Assembly (NCBI RefSeq): GCF_001194135.2
Contig: NC_068982.1
Coordinates: 90,241,609-90,305,608, forward strand
Origin: Octopus bimaculoides
Lineage: Eukaryota
Direction of reading: 5' to 3'
Length of the DNA stretch: 64,000 bases
Shown here: one piece after another, positions 12,917 to 27,382 of the stretch
Numbering within the stretch: position 1 is the stretch's first letter
Layout of the letters: each line of letters starts with the position of its first letter
Position numbers and translations under genes: made by a program
Notes under the pieces: generated by a model
The model's database searches: none
Seen by the model: only the letters and a program-made list of their open reading frames with translations
What the model was told of the DNA's origin: nothing

Positions 12917-14005
12917 GGGAGGGAGAGAAAGAGAGCTGAGACAGATATAGAATGAAGGAAAGAAAAAGACAGATAGAAACAAGGAGAGAAGGGAGAGGGA
13001 GAAATGGAGAGAAAGAGAGAGAGAAAAATCATGTTATAATTATCGTATTTTGGAGATATATCGAAGCTTTTAATTAGGCACAAAATTCTATAATTATGAA
13101 GTGAATAAGTGGCATTTTGCATGGTTCATGCTTTCACTAGATTATGATGTGAACCGAAATAGTTTAAAGTTGGGTGGTTCTGTGGGGGAGTGATGAGGAC
13201 AATGGTGTCGATAATGTTGATGCTGATGATTACGGTGTAGGTGGTGCTGAAGTTATTGCCATTGGCTGTGATGCTGTTGTTGTTGTTGATTATTTTAATT
13301 CTGAAGGAATTATCGTTGTCGCCATCGTTGTTTTTGTTGGTGGTGGAGTCTAGCCTTGGCTACATACTAATGGGGCAGACGTAGAATCAAAGCGTGTTGC
13401 AGTCGTAATTATCTTGTCTGTCGGCGTATATGTAAGACCATATTATCTCCTATGTCCTTTACATTATATAACGTTATGAGATTATTTGTGGGAGACTTGA
13501 CTACTATTAGCCACAAAACATAGGCTTCTTCTTTGACTGGAAGGTATTGTCTATATAAATGCTTGCTGGGATGATATGGGGACGAATTGACAGAATCGTG
13601 AATGCATCAGAAAAAATTCTTTGCGGTGCTTATTCTGTCTTTTTTTTTTTTAACGTCCTGAGTCGAAATCCTGTCAAGGTGAAATGTGTTGCTCATCCCT
13701 TTAGAGTCGAAGAAATAGTGCTCGATTCAAATAATAAGGTAGATTTAGCCGAGTAGCAATCTCGACTAACACGGTACAGAAGATACACAAGTGCCCCGAT
13801 CAACTGGTACCCACAGGACAACAATGAAAGCTGAATTGACGAGTACAATGCTATCACGTCAGTATTTTCTATCTGTAATGCTGTATACTACTGCTAATAC
13901 AATACACACTCATTTTCTCATGCACAAACGCATTTTATTATCCGTTCACTCAGATACAGTAATAAACAGAAAAGAATATAGTATCAATGCTAAGGAATGA
14001 TTGTA

Positions 14006-14037
<32 letters not shown>

Positions 14038-14625
14038 CGACGACAACGACAATGATCATGATGATGATAATGATGAGGATGTCGATGATAATGATGCTGA
14101 TGATAATGACAACGACAAAGATTATAGGAGCAATGTTGGTGGTGATTATAATAGGAGTAAGATGATGATGACGACGACTTATGATAGATGTTGCAGAAAT
14201 GTTTCTTTGGTTTAGAGTGAAATAGTTATATGACTGGTCAACAGGATGTTTGTTTATTTCTTTAATGAAATTTCTTTACAGCAAGCTTCGACTAAATGAT
14301 AATAAGGATGTTTCACATTCGTCATGGAAACTTTGTTATCGTTTGATTCGACACCAAGGAATTACTAGTATTCATATTATTGACAGCATTAGAACATAAA
14401 TAATGTAATGAGGGGAACTGACGAAGGAGCCTACAACTGTTTTCATACCGGACTGGACAGTACGTTCTGTTCGGGCAAAACACTTCAGGTTACCCCAGTC
14501 CTCTCAGCAGTGAATGTGAAGGACTGGCGTCTCGTTTAGTGGGGAGCGCAATCTCTGTCACTTATACGCTACAGAAACTGGGTAACTCGCCATATGAGAC
14601 TTAGAACTTTACATTTTACTCTCAG

Positions 14626-14706
14626 AGATCACCCGATCCACAAGAAAAAGCTTCCACATTACCTTATCGCCTTGAAAATGTGCGAAAATATTGGATAATG
14701 TTTCAG
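14626..14706 (+). CDS. Candidate internal exon (81 nt, phase 0-0), unknown product
   Basis: Acceptor actttacattttactctcag| and donor CAG|gtacgt. Only one frame is open: RSPDPQEKASTLPYRLENVRKYWIMFQ. Confidence 0.4.
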
Positions 14707-14912
14707 GTACGTTATGCTCGTAGGAAGATCAGGAATGCATTGGTTATAATCGACAAGTCATAACTTATTTCGTGATGAAGAACAAGAATTATTAACAAGA
14801 GGGAGGAATGTCATTAATACACACACACACATGTGCATACATACATAGACAGGTAAAAACTGATGAAGGGGAAGGAAGATAGATTGGCATATGTCCATTA
14901 GTCCCATTAATT

Positions 14913-14963
<51 letters not shown>

Positions 14964-15046
14964 GTAAATCCAAGCATGAACAAACAAGAAAAGAAAACAA
15001 CACGAGGACGTGGAATAAGTACAGGAAAGGAATGGAAAGAAAGAGA

Positions 15047-15082
15047 ATTTCACGTTTCGAAGTGGAACTCTTCATCAGAAAT
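15047..15082 (-). ncRNA. Minimal type I hammerhead-like motif, canonical core
   Basis: Minus strand: attt CTGATGA A GAG ttccac TTC GAAA CGT G aaat. Stem I is attt/aaat. G at position 17 would block cleavage in this copy. Confidence 0.55.
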
Positions 15083-15430
15083 ATATAGAAAAAGTCCGAA
15101 GAAAGGAAGGCGGAGAAACAAAATCGCCAACGATATACACGCGGTCACATTTCGAAGACGACGTGTGAGCTTTCAGCTTTTTGACGAACGACCGACTCAA
15201 ATGATTTGCTTATCGTGATCAAACGTTGGTGCCGCACATCAGCTCACTCTCTTCATCAAATCGCTACGGTGAATCAGTGGGAGTAAAAGAGAAAGAGAGA
15301 GCTGAGTATGATTGATTCAAACCTGGCATATTACTGACACTTAATTTTATTTAAACCCGGAGTGTAAACAGCCAAAGTCAACTGTACTTATGTTCGAATA
15401 TTCGAATACAGAATATAAAAGGACATAACT

Positions 15431-15741
15431 CCCACAGGAGATAGTGTTCTATATTGCATTTCTGCCATTTTATTGGTCCTCTGTTTCGTCTCCTGCCCCA
15501 TAAGAGTTGAGAGTAAACAGCCAGACTCGTTATTTTTACAGTATTCCCTCTATTTATATCAACAGATTTTCACACACACACACATACACACACACACACA
15601 CTCATACATACACTCCCGTAAGAGATAGTGTTCTATATTGTATATCTATCGTTGCAATGGACCTCTGCCCCATAAGAGCTGAGGAGAAACAGCCCGACTG
15701 TTATTTTTACAGTATTCCCTCTAATTATATGAACAGATTTT
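15431..15741 (+). repeat. Diverged tandem duplication (about 140 and 125 nt) split by a CA tract
   Basis: gagatagtgttctatattg...ctgccccataagag...ttatttttacagtattccctcta.ttatat.aacagatttt occurs at about 15431-15570 and about 15615-15741. Confidence 0.85.
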
Positions 15742-15922
15742 TAATGCATTGTGGCATCTATTTTCGACCACATAACTGAGACTAAAATACCTATACTATG
15801 GACACAGTGTAACCGAAGTGTTAGTAACAAAAATACGAACCAGTATCACATAGCACATTTTTCCCAACTTCTGTGATCATACAAGCAGATATTAAGGCAA
15901 AGGAAATATTCGATCACACGCA

Positions 15923-15972
<50 letters not shown>

Positions 15973-18895
15973 TACACACACACATACACACACACTCACT
16001 TCTATATCATGGCACTCGATACATTCCATTATAAATTGTCTCATTTAAGTATTTTTGCTTCGTCGTATCATTGTATCGTCCAAATGGATTAGCTTTTCTC
16101 GTCATAAAAGCAAACATTTAACGTTTTTCCTGTTTTTCTATGTTTTTTGAAGAGAAAAATCTCAAAATATTTCACAACGCTGAACGGCCACAAATAGTGA
16201 AATATAAAATGTTAGAGAAATATTTAATTGTAGACTACTTGAAATCTTTACAAAATAACCTCTATTGATATAGCCGAAAATAAACACGAATCAATAACGA
16301 CCAAATTACAACATGCTTTATTCATCAACACACGGCTCCGGTATATTTTATTATAAAATCTATTCACTTATTAAGGGGTTTATTTTCGATTTTAATCTCA
16401 TCTGACCTACACTCCTCCCGTTCTCACTCGCTTCCTCTCTCTCTTTCTCTCTCTGTCTCTCTCTCTGTCTCTCTCTGTCTCTCTGTCTCTCTCTCTGTCT
16501 CTCTCTCTGTCTCTCCCTCTCCCTCTCTTTGTATGTATGCATGTGTGCGTATATCAATGTTTACATGTATGTATGTCTCTATATACTATGAAATATCATA
16601 TTTTATATATATTGTTATCCCTTTTTCTAGTTAATTTTCCCCCTCCTTTCCTTTGTATTTGTGTTCCTTTATTCTTTACGTATCGCTTTCTCAACTTTGT
16701 TTTTACTTTCTCCTCGCCTATTTCTCTGTTATCTCATAAAAATTTATAAAAAAATTAATGAAAAAATTATGGGTTAATGAAAAGAATTATGTGGCATAAA
16801 AGGGGCAGATATAGAATGAACATCTTGGTAGTATTACATTAACTAATCTAGATCGAAATTTTCATCGCCCATGTTAAAACCATTGTACGAACCATGCCAG
16901 GATAGCCGAAATATATTCGTATTTTGTCGAAATGTAGGCTAGTCTTCGTACAAGGAATTAAACTGACCCCAATTTAAAGAATGTGGTAGCATTTGGATTG
17001 GCGTTTTTAGAATGGTGTGCTGTCAAAGGTAATGGCCTGCAGGGGTCGTTAGAGTGTCGGAAAAAATGTCTTGCATTGTATGTTCCGATGCTTTTACACT
17101 GTGAGTGGAAATACCACCGGAGTATTTGATCCTTTTGTGCTCGATAAAATAAAATACATATCAAGAACTAATGTCGATGTTATCAACTAACTTTCTATTC
17201 ACAAAATTGCTGATCTTCTGCCTAAATTAGAAACCATTGTCATTGCTTCAAATTCAACCGAGGCGTACTTTGCCTTTCATCCTTTTGGGGGTTGATAAAA
17301 TAAGGTACCAGTGGAGCACTGGGATGGATGTAATTGACTTACCTTTACCCCTTCATTTGCTGGCCTTTTGCCATAATTATTATTGCTGTTGCTCTTCTTT
17401 TATTCTTTATTTTAATGTAGAGGATATAAAATTGTATAGAATCCAGAGTATTAAGTGAAAAAAGAAGTAATGTCACTTAGTCCATTTCGCCTGTTCCACA
17501 TTTCGCTTTCGTTTCACACGTGAAATATGCCAATTATCTAAAGAATAGAAAATATACGTGGTTCGAGAAATGGCTAATAACTCAAGGCGAGTTTGAAATT
17601 GTATTTCAATCATGAGTTTTCTAATGACGCTTTATGCAAGTAACTATACTCTACTTTTAAATTTTTTCTTTTGGACCCGAGGACTCATAAAGCCGGTTGC
17701 CCAGTTTCCAAAGCATAAGTATGATCAAGGTCACATTCCCTCTGAACAGGAAACCGGTTCTTTGTACGTTCAACCTAGCAATTTTGAGAAGAGGACAATT
17801 CGTTTACATTGAACTCAATACTTGATTGGTGCATTATTTTATCGACCTCGAAGGAATGAACAAGCTTGACCTCAGTGGTATCTGAACTCGCATTGTAAGG
17901 AGCCAGTAGAAATGCCGCTCAGCATTGTGTCCGACGCAATAACGATTGTGCCATCTCGCTGATTTATTACACTCTATTACTTACTCTTATTTTATTGATC
18001 CTCGAAGATTTAGAAACATCGGCCACGGATTTTAAGCACATATCCTACTTGGCATGAAACATGATTTTATAGGATATTCAGTTCAATCCTATCAGTGCTG
18101 CCAGCTCATCAGGACTTCTATAGGCATTTATATAAATAGAGATAGATAAATGTCTTGCTTCTTTTCTTGTGCTAAAACTTTACTAAATCGCTCATTGCTT
18201 GTAGTAGTTTGAACCACATCCGATTTAACCAAGATGGAGTACCTCATCCTCAATTGAATTACACAAGAAGTAATAACAATGTCTTTAAATAATAGTTCCT
18301 TTCTATACTTAATCGAAAGTTGCTTTGACCTTTATGAGCTTTTATCGAAATACTACGCTTGTATCAATCGACTGATGGAATGTTTCTCACATGAAAATAT
18401 TACTCGCATGCTCGCATGAGTGCGTACACTGTTTAATTAGAAACAGTTAAATTACAAATGATTATCATTGAGCAGGTATTCTATAAAACAGGTCAGTCAA
18501 AACAGTTTAATCAGTATTACTATAAAGTTATTTTCGTAATTCAAGCCAAAATACGAACACGACCCCATGATGATCTTCTCATGAACTACATACCCGTATT
18601 TATGTATTTACAATAACTATTTGCTGGTTTATCTAGTAATCATTTTCCAGAGAGTTGCTTGCAAATTGATGTAACGATTTTTGTACGATGAAATTATATG
18701 ACACTTCATAGATCATAGAAATTAATCAATATAAGAATGCATTTCTTGGTTTGTCGAAAACAGATTTTGATGTTATAACCTGTGTTAACAACGGAAGAAT
18801 AACAATTTGATCTTGTGGAGCCTCATTCAAAATTTATGCAATCTGAGCTACATACTATATAGTAGAGAGTCTCTTTCTCTCCTTGTCATTCACAG

Positions 18896-18951
18896 TTTAT
18901 ATATCAGACGGCATTCAGAATAAATTATCCAATAGTGTGGACTCTTCAAAG
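18896..18951 (+). CDS. Candidate internal exon (56 nt, phase 0-2)
   Basis: Strong acceptor ctctttctctccttgtcattcacag| but weak donor AG|gtttgc. Reads FIYQTAFRINYPIVWTLQ(R), in frame with 14626-14706. Confidence 0.3.
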
Positions 18952-19204
18952 GTTTGCAAGAAACATTATTGTAACACACGAATTTGCTTTCAAGACTATC
19001 TATCCCTAAAATTGACTTATATAGCTGCATACAGAATTATATAGTATTTATGTACGACAGTCTTACATATATTAAATTACCATTGTGACAAGCACATCAA
19101 TAGAAGAAAGCGATCTTCTAGAAAATTCTGTCTGTTACAAATATTTTGATCTCTTGTTGATAGGAATATGCGCACTGCAATTTCCGCTTATTGTAAACTC
19201 GCTT

Positions 19205-19300
19205 TTCTTCTTCTTCTTCTTCTTCTTCTTCTTTTTCTTCTTCTTCTTCTTCTTCTTCTTCTTCTTCTTCTTCTTCTTCTTCTTCTTCTTCTTCTTCTTT
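19205..19300. repeat. (TTC)n microsatellite
   Basis: Directly visible. Confidence 0.95.
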
Positions 19301-20052
19301 TCCTACCGCCATTGTGTTAGCCACAACGAAGGACGTCACACAAATCCCCTTTATAAAGGATTTGCAGGATTTGTAGAATTGTTCTATCTTTATATATCTT
19401 ACAAATCTATTAATATCTGGTGTCGCTGCACTTCATAAGAAAAGTATGGACCAAAGTGTTTACACATTCATCCAGTCTTAATGTTCATGTAGCGCCAAAA
19501 TGATTGGCTGGGGATTATCGGTCAGAGTTTTCATACTTGAACTACAGCAGCTTAAGACCATTTAATCAAACTCCGTACTCGTCATGTAGTATATATATAT
19601 ATATTGTCAGTTCAACCAAGTGTTTTGCAACACGAAAGCCTTAGTGTTCGAAGTCGAAGTTACTTCTTCCCACTCAAACGATCAGTGGTTATGAAAATTA
19701 CATAAAGCCCTGTACTATAGAGGAAAGGATATGAAAATTCCATAGGAATGTGAGAGGAACGTTCGAGTAACTATACGTCAAAGAAGCATACATCCTTCAG
19801 GATGAATTACCAATCATAATATATATTTGTGTTATAAGTTGTACTCATATAGGTAATACGGAATGTGCCACCAACCGATCTACTCTACAAAGTGATAACG
19901 GTTCATTTCGGCGTCATTTGACGTATGAGAGCAGTTATGGTCTAGAAATATCACAAAAGCGTTATACCTAATACTCTTATTATGTTGATCAGCCGATTAA
20001 GAATCTGTGTGAATGTATCTATGACAGACAGACAGACGGACAGACAGACAGG

Positions 20053-20104
<52 letters not shown>

Positions 20105-20311
20105 AAGGTCTCTGTATTTGTCATGTTATATATAATTGCAATCCATCATTAACCTGAAGGATTATCAAATAAATTTTAGGCGATTATATTTTATATATTA
20201 CGTTGAAAAGGTTTATACTTTCAGATTGTTCCCCTTCATGCGATGATGATATACTTTGGTTGTTTATGGCTTAGTATAGTCTTTGCTTTTTATCAGAAGG
20301 TGGGGCAGCAA

Positions 20312-21300
20312 TCGTCGTCGTCGTTTAACGTCCGCTTTCCATGCTAGCATGGGTTGGACGATTTGACTGAGGACTGGTGAAACCAGATGGCTGCACCAGG
20401 CTCCAATCTGATTTGGCAGAGTTTCTACAGCTGGATGCCCTTCCTAACGCCAACCACTCAGAGAGTGTACTGGGTGCTTTTACGTGTCACCCGCACGAAG
20501 GTAAGTCAGGCGGTACTGGCAACGGCCACGCTCATCTCGCTCGAAAAACCTCATGTGTCACCCGCACAAGAGCCAGTCCAGGGGCACCGGCAACGATCTC
20601 GCTCGAAAATCCTACGACAACCCCACACAAGAGAGAGTTCAGGGGCNNNNNNNNNNNNNNNNNNNNNNNNNNNNNNNNNNNNNNNNNNNNNNNNNNNNNN
20701 NNNNNNNNNNNNNNNNNNNNNNNNNNNNNNNNNNNNNNNNNNNNNNNNNNNNNNNNNNNNNNNNNNNNNNNNNNNNNNNNNNNNNNNNNNNNNNNNNNNN
20801 NNNNNNNNNNNNNNNNNNNNNNNNNNNNNNNNNNNNNNNNNNNNNNNNNNNNNNNNNNNNNNNNNNNNNNNNNNNNNNNNNNNNNNNNNNNNNNNNNNNN
20901 NNNNNNNNNNNNNNNNNNNNNNNNGGCCCCGCACAAGAGCCAGTTCAGGGGCACGGCAACGATCTATTTCTATTTCACTTGCCTCAACAGGTCTTCGCAA
21001 GTGGGGTTTAGTGTCCAATTTTAATTTAACTCGATTTCGATTTCACTTGCCTCAACAGGTCTACGCAGTGGAATTTAGTGTCCAACTTAACTTGATTTCG
21101 ATTTCACTTGCCTCAACAGGTCTTCACAAGTGGAATTTAGTGTCCAATGAAGGAAGGAAGGTACGCATAAGTGGACTGGCTGGGCCTTAGATTTAGGTCT
21201 CACTTGGCTTGCCGGGTCTTCTCGCGCACAGAATATTTCCAAAGGGCCGGGTCTTCTCGTGCACAGTATATTTCCAAAGGTGCTGGGTCTTCTCGCGCAG
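20312..21300 (-). mobile_element. RTE-type LINE/SINE 3' tail with three internal minisatellite arrays (gap inside)
   Basis: ctacagctggatgcccttcctaacgccaacc is the typical RTE 3' tail motif, read here in reverse, with a (tcg)n end at 20312. Tandem units at 20487/20558/20621/20925, at 20972/21040/21101 and at 21211/21246/21281. Confidence 0.7.
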
Positions 21301-21773
21301 AGTATGATGATAATTTGGTGCTGTGTATGTAGATAGAGGTAAGCTGTCAGACCTATGCTAAGTGTCCAACTGTATTATCTACAAACCTTCTGCTGTGAAT
21401 TCAAAAATTCCACGGAAATTATTCTGACCTGAATGTGACGCATTTGTTTACACCTTTCCTTTAACCTGACTGAACCCTAAAAATCAAGATTCCCGTATCA
21501 AACCAAAACAAGTATCTTCACCATACCTTTTTGTCAATCGCCTATTCTCCTCTATTACCCACTTTTTCTACAGAACATCTTTCTTTGTTTACCTACACGT
21601 TACCTAATTTTCCTCATACTGCTCCATCTCTCCTAAGACAAAACCCACCGGATACTATATAAGTCACAAAGAAACAAAGTAAATCACAATGTGATAAAGG
21701 CGACCAAGTCGAAACTTCAAAGTCACTGTCAACCTTCTCCTTGAATAAAATTTCTCTTGTATAATCTTTTGTA

Positions 21774-21992
21774 ATATTGGTTTCAAATCCTGGTATACAA
21801 GACAAAGAATTTCTTGGGAGGGGCTAAGTCGATGACATCGACCACAGTGTTCAGGTGGGATTTATTTTACCGACCCGAATGGATGAGAGGCAAAGTAGGC
21901 CTCGACGAAATTTGAACTGAAAATGTAAAGACGGACGACGAAATGCCACTAAGCATGCCCGACATGCTAAAGATTCTTCCAGCTCGCCGCCT
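21774..21992 (-). mobile_element. SINE (family A)
   Basis: Ends ccagctcgccgcc, the reverse complement of the ggcggcgagctgg head. Confidence 0.85.
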
Positions 21993-22991
21993 TAATCTCG
22001 TATAATATCACGACCAACATAGAAGCAATATACTAGCTTTTTTAAGTAGAATGCTTGAAATATTCATGACCCTTCTGCAAGAAACCATTGGTAATATTAT
22101 TAATCCACAGAGTATATAAATATACATGTACATAGAGAAAGAGAGAGAAAGACAAAGGTAGAGAGAGAGAGAGAGAGAAAAAGAGAGAGTGAGAGGTTGT
22201 AGTGTGTATAACACACTTCAAATTGTATACACGTGAAAATACGTACACTGAAACACAATGCAAATATATTTACCTTCACGCTATACTTTCCTTTCCTCCT
22301 CTCTCTCCCCCCTCTCTCTCACTCTCTCTCACACACACACACATACACACACACACATACACACACACACACACTCTCACATGATTTGTAAACCCATATA
22401 CGTACACAGGCAAATATAAAGTAACTGTATTTCACTGGCACACATACACACATACATCTCCACATACACCAATAATCTTTGTCCTACACACATATACAAA
22501 TACATACATACATGCGCAAGCATGCGAACGCTCATATAAACCATGGTCATGTCTACAAGCATGCAAATTCACACACATTTAAATTCTAGGTTTTTTTTTT
22601 ATCCCCTCCTTATACTTTTCCTATTGCCCCAATTTCATTTATCTCGAGCATGGATGCATTGTTTACCTCAAACTTCTGAATTCACAGATATATGCAGACA
22701 AATCGAAGCATAATTTACGTAGAAATAGATACACAAGCATACGAATGTTTATCATATTATATATATATTATATTATACAAATGATTTTGTTTGCAAACAA
22801 CACTACCGACGACTAATGTCAAGAGAGTGTTCTGTGTATATGTCCATGTGCGTACAGACACACATAAACCTATATACATTGATTCGAATAAGCGCACATA
22901 TATCTAAACACTTTAAATCTATTTCATTTGCTATTAAATTCTTTCTGTTGATATGTCTTTAAACATCATTTTTTCCTCCTGCATTTTGTTC

Positions 22992-23047
<56 letters not shown>

Positions 23048-23690
23048 CGTCAACTTTTTCAAGTACAAATTGAAAAGGAGGATGAGGATAGAGAGGAAAG
23101 TGTTGTCGAATGAAAGTTTCAACAANNNNNNNNNNNNNNNNNNNNNNNNNNNNNNNNNNNNNNNNNNNNNNNNNNNNNNNNNNNNNNNNNNNNNNNNNNN
23201 NNNNNNNNNNNNNNNNNNNNNNNNNNNNNNNNNNNNNNNNNNNNNNNNNNNNNNNNNNNNNNNNNNNNNNNNNNNNNNNNNNNNNNNNNNNNNNNNNNNN
23301 NNNNNNNNNNNNNNNNNNNNNNNNNNNNNNNNNNNNNNNNNNNNNNNNNNNNNNNNNNNNNNNNNNNNNNNNNNNNNNNNNNNNNNNNNNNNNNNNNNNN
23401 NNNNNNNNNNNNNNNNNNNNNNNNNNNNNNNNNNNNNNNNNNNNNNNNNNNNNNNNNNNNNNNNNNNNNNNNNNNNNNNNNNNNNNNNNNNNNNNNNNNN
23501 NNNNNNNNNNNNNNNNNNNNNNNNNNNNNNNNNNNNNNNNNNNNNNNNNNNNNNNNNNNNNNNNNNNNNNNNNNNNNNNNNNNNNNNNNNNNNNNNNNNN
23601 NNNNNNNNNNNNNNNNNNNNNNNNNNNNNNNNNNNNNNNNNNNNNNNNNNNNNNNNNNNNNNNNNNNNNNNNNNNNNNNNNNNNNNNNNN

Positions 23691-23757
<67 letters not shown>

Positions 23758-24179
23758 GTGTCCATCCATCTATGTATCTATCTATCTATCCATTTATCGC
23801 TTTCCACAATTTTTCTTTTTCATTTATTTTTTCGAATTGATAATGTGTTCCGTTCATTTTAAACAATTTACCATTGTATTCCTTAATTACATCCATTGAA
23901 AACCTCCTTATTTTTGTGAATGACATTCAGTCTTTTACATGCCTACACATAGACACACTCGTACGCATATATGTATACTCACACAAAACAATTACATTTG
24001 AGCACGCAAATGCCATCACAAGATTTTACGAATGTATGTGTGTGTGCGTATGTGTGTATGTGGTGTATGTGTGTGTGCACACATATACATATATATATAT
24101 ATATTCATCGAGAGATACAGAGAGAAAGAAACGCATATATATACAAATGCATACAGACACGCGTATATATGTGTGTGTG

Positions 24180-24230
<51 letters not shown>

Positions 24231-25297
24231 NNNNNNNNNNNNNNNNNNNNNNNNNNNNNNNNNNNNNNNNNNNNNNNNNNNNNNNNNNNNNNNNNNNNNN
24301 NNNNNNNNNNNNNNNNNNNNNNNNNNNNNNNNNNNNNNNNNNNNNNNNNNNNNNNNNNNNNNNNNNNNNNNNNNNNNNNNNNNNNNNNNNNNNNNNNNNN
24401 NNNNNNNNNNNNNNNNNNNNNNNNNNNNNNNNNNNNNNNNNNNNNNNNNNNNNNNNNNNNNNNNNNNNNNNNNNNNNNNNNNNNNNNNNNNNNNNNNNNN
24501 NNNNNNNNNNNNNNNNNNNNNNNNNNNNNNNNNNNTATATATATGTGTATGTACATACATGCACATATATATATGCATGTATGTATGTATGCATGCATGT
24601 ATGCATGTATGTATGTGTGTATGTATGTATGTATGTATGTATGCATGTATGTATGTTTGAATGTATGAGCGTACGTATATAATACATAGAGACACATACA
24701 CTTCCTTGCATATCCAAAGCAGTTACTTTTAAATAGGTTCGTTAACCTGAAAATGCCAAGTTATAACGTTTTCAGACTTGCATGTTAACAGATCAGAAAT
24801 AAATTGTGTCTTAGTTATCAGCTGTCGTTCAGCATACATTTTCTTCTATTTTGTTTGTGTTCCTTTTCTTTTCTTCTGCTACAAATGTTTGTGATGAAAA
24901 AAGATGACATTTTGACTTCTCGATTCGTTTGTATTTGTTGAATTTGTTCAGTATTAAGAACTACACTGCACTGTTAACATTATCTGGGTGGCTTTTTACA
25001 CATGTAAATACATGTACACGCACATATATGTGTGCACACGCATATAAATACATATGCATATATAGTTGCATGTACGTGTTGAGAATTTAAAATTAAAAAG
25101 ATACCTAAGTGAACAAAACAGTTTAATACATGAATTCGAGAATTCGAGCTAAATATTTATTTTAAAAAGATAACAGTGACTTCAATGACGTTTCGTTGAA
25201 TCTGGCTTATCAAAGAGGACGGTGAAAACAGATATGAATGTATAGGTATGTAGGCATGTATGTATGTATGTATGTATGTATAAATGTATGTATGCGC

Positions 25298-25369
<72 letters not shown>

Positions 25370-26322
25370 GTATATATATGCATACATACATATATACATA
25401 CATATGTATATGCAGTGCGTGTTATGTGTTACTATAAATATTCAGTTTCGGTAAAATAATCGAAAATGGGGAAAAACATTGAACAGATATAGCAATTATA
25501 TAGATGTAATTCACACACACACACACACACACACGCGCGCAGATATATAGTAACAGGAAGCTATACCGAACAAAGAATCCAAGTATTGCAACAGGGTTGG
25601 TTCAATAATTGTATGTATGTGTACGTGCATGTGTGCATGAGTATGTGCCTGACTTAGAAATTCATGATGTTTGTATGAATAATGGGTTATCTTGATTGAT
25701 GAAAAATACAGGAAAATTTAATTCGCTAAATATTGAACTTTTAAACAAAGTATTGTGTAATAAACGGGTATTTTCATTTCATGCATAAAGTATGTGGTAT
25801 TAGGAAAATGAATTCAGTTGGAATTTACCTAAAATCTGTAAAGAAAAAAAAATGTTTCTTGAAATGAAAGTGAATTTAACTGAATGCATGAAGGAATTGT
25901 AAAAATGTATAAAACAGTTTTTCTGAAAAGTGTAAGTTAAAAAAAGCTGTTATTTTTCGAAAAATCTTTCGATATTCTATGGTATCCACGTATTTATCAA
26001 ATAAAAGTACAGTACCAATAGAGACGATAAGACTTTAAAATTTATATTGTTATTCAAAGAGATGTTAGTCATATTTTATATTAGGTGAAAAGCTCAGAAT
26101 CTATGTATTAAAACTTTAAAATACCTGAGCAAATAGTGATAAATATTTTGAATAACTGTATTGCTTATTCTCTTAAATCAAACGATACTTAAAATACAAA
26201 TAAAAGTTCTTTTCAAAAGCGAAATAAAATAACCTAAATTTGATGATTATAATGTAAGCATAAACAATTCAATTCAGATATATTAAAGAAACCCAAATAA
26301 TATTTATGTATATGTTCATGTA

Positions 26323-26425
<103 letters not shown>

Positions 26426-26617
26426 CTAGATATACACACCTACATACATACATAACTAGATACATACATACCCAGACACACATACACACACACAAACAAA
26501 CACAAACACACATACACACATACACCCCCCCACACACACACACAAACAGACGTATATGTATACACTATTCAGAAAAATAGCTCAAACGTTTTATTCCTTC
26601 CTAAATACACACGTGTA

Positions 26618-26658
<41 letters not shown>

Positions 26659-27108
26659 GTGTATATATNNNNNNNNNNNNNNNNNNNNNNNNNNNNNNNN
26701 NNNNNNNNNNNNNNNNNNNNNNNNNNNNNNNNNNNNNNNNNNNNNNNNNNNNNNNNNNNNNNNNNNNNNNNNNNNNNNAATATTAAGATTTATTAGATTA
26801 AACGAATTAAGGTCACTGGGAGGAGATTGTATTTGAAATTTACAGTTATTATTTAAACAAAAATTATTACGATTCACTGAACAACTTAAGAAAGAAAACA
26901 ATGAGATTGTTAAAAGAAAAAAAAATGATTATTATTATAATAGTCTTTAAAAGATTTCTAGAATTGGCTAATAAGCGTAGATGTATAAAACTATATGTAC
27001 ATAGATGTTAAAACAGGCGCACACATATAAGCAGACACGAGTTTTAGGCATTTTTACAGTTAATATGACTCGGTTGAAGCAAAGCAAAGGAGAAAGTTAT
27101 TGAATAAA

Positions 27109-27145
27109 AGTATAACTTTTCGGGCATAGTTCTTCGTCAGATACT
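27109..27145 (-). ncRNA. Degenerate minimal hammerhead-like motif
   Basis: Minus strand: agtat CTGACGA A gaa ctatg ccc GAAA agtt atact. Perfect 5-bp stem I and canonical core; stems II and III are mutated. Confidence 0.45.
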
Positions 27146-27358
27146 AGGAGGAAATCCATGGAGAGAACAAGAAGAGAGGAAAGGTAAGAAGGAAGGGATG
27201 AGTATAAACAGTTGTTCCTCGATTTGCACGGTTTCACTTTAGCACAGTTTCAGCTTCTGGCGTTATCTTTTGAAATTAACGTGTACTGAAATGACATCTC
27301 ATCGCTAATGTCGGTTTTATATTTCCTTTTCATCTTCATTTGCTCGATTTTGATGTAG

Positions 27359-27382
27359 ACCAACGTATAAACTAATGCTAAG
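27359..27382 (+). CDS. Candidate 24-nt microexon (phase 2-2)
   Basis: Acceptor tttcatcttcatttgctcgattttgatgtag| and donor AAG|gtaaga. One frame is open, (R)PTYKLML, compatible with the end of 18896-18951. Confidence 0.25.

Noticed and set aside
18085-18120. Minus-strand CTGATGA followed by a GCTG-G-CAGC hairpin
   Set aside because: No GAAA follows the hairpin.
20972-21147. Three direct repeats resembling a CRISPR array
   Set aside because: The intervening sequences are homologous rather than unique spacers, the context is eukaryotic, and there are no cas genes.
25170-25245. Exon-like [24 protein letters not shown] with an in-frame TGA; also a vague hammerhead resemblance on the minus strand (ttgataa...gaaacgtc)
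   Set aside because: The donor is just the start of a (GTAT)n tract, the phase does not fit, and there is no paired stem I or stem II.
27130-27183. 54-nt exon-like segment with a strong AAG|gtaaga donor
   Set aside because: It overlaps the hammerhead-like repeat at 27109-27145 and purine-rich low-complexity sequence.
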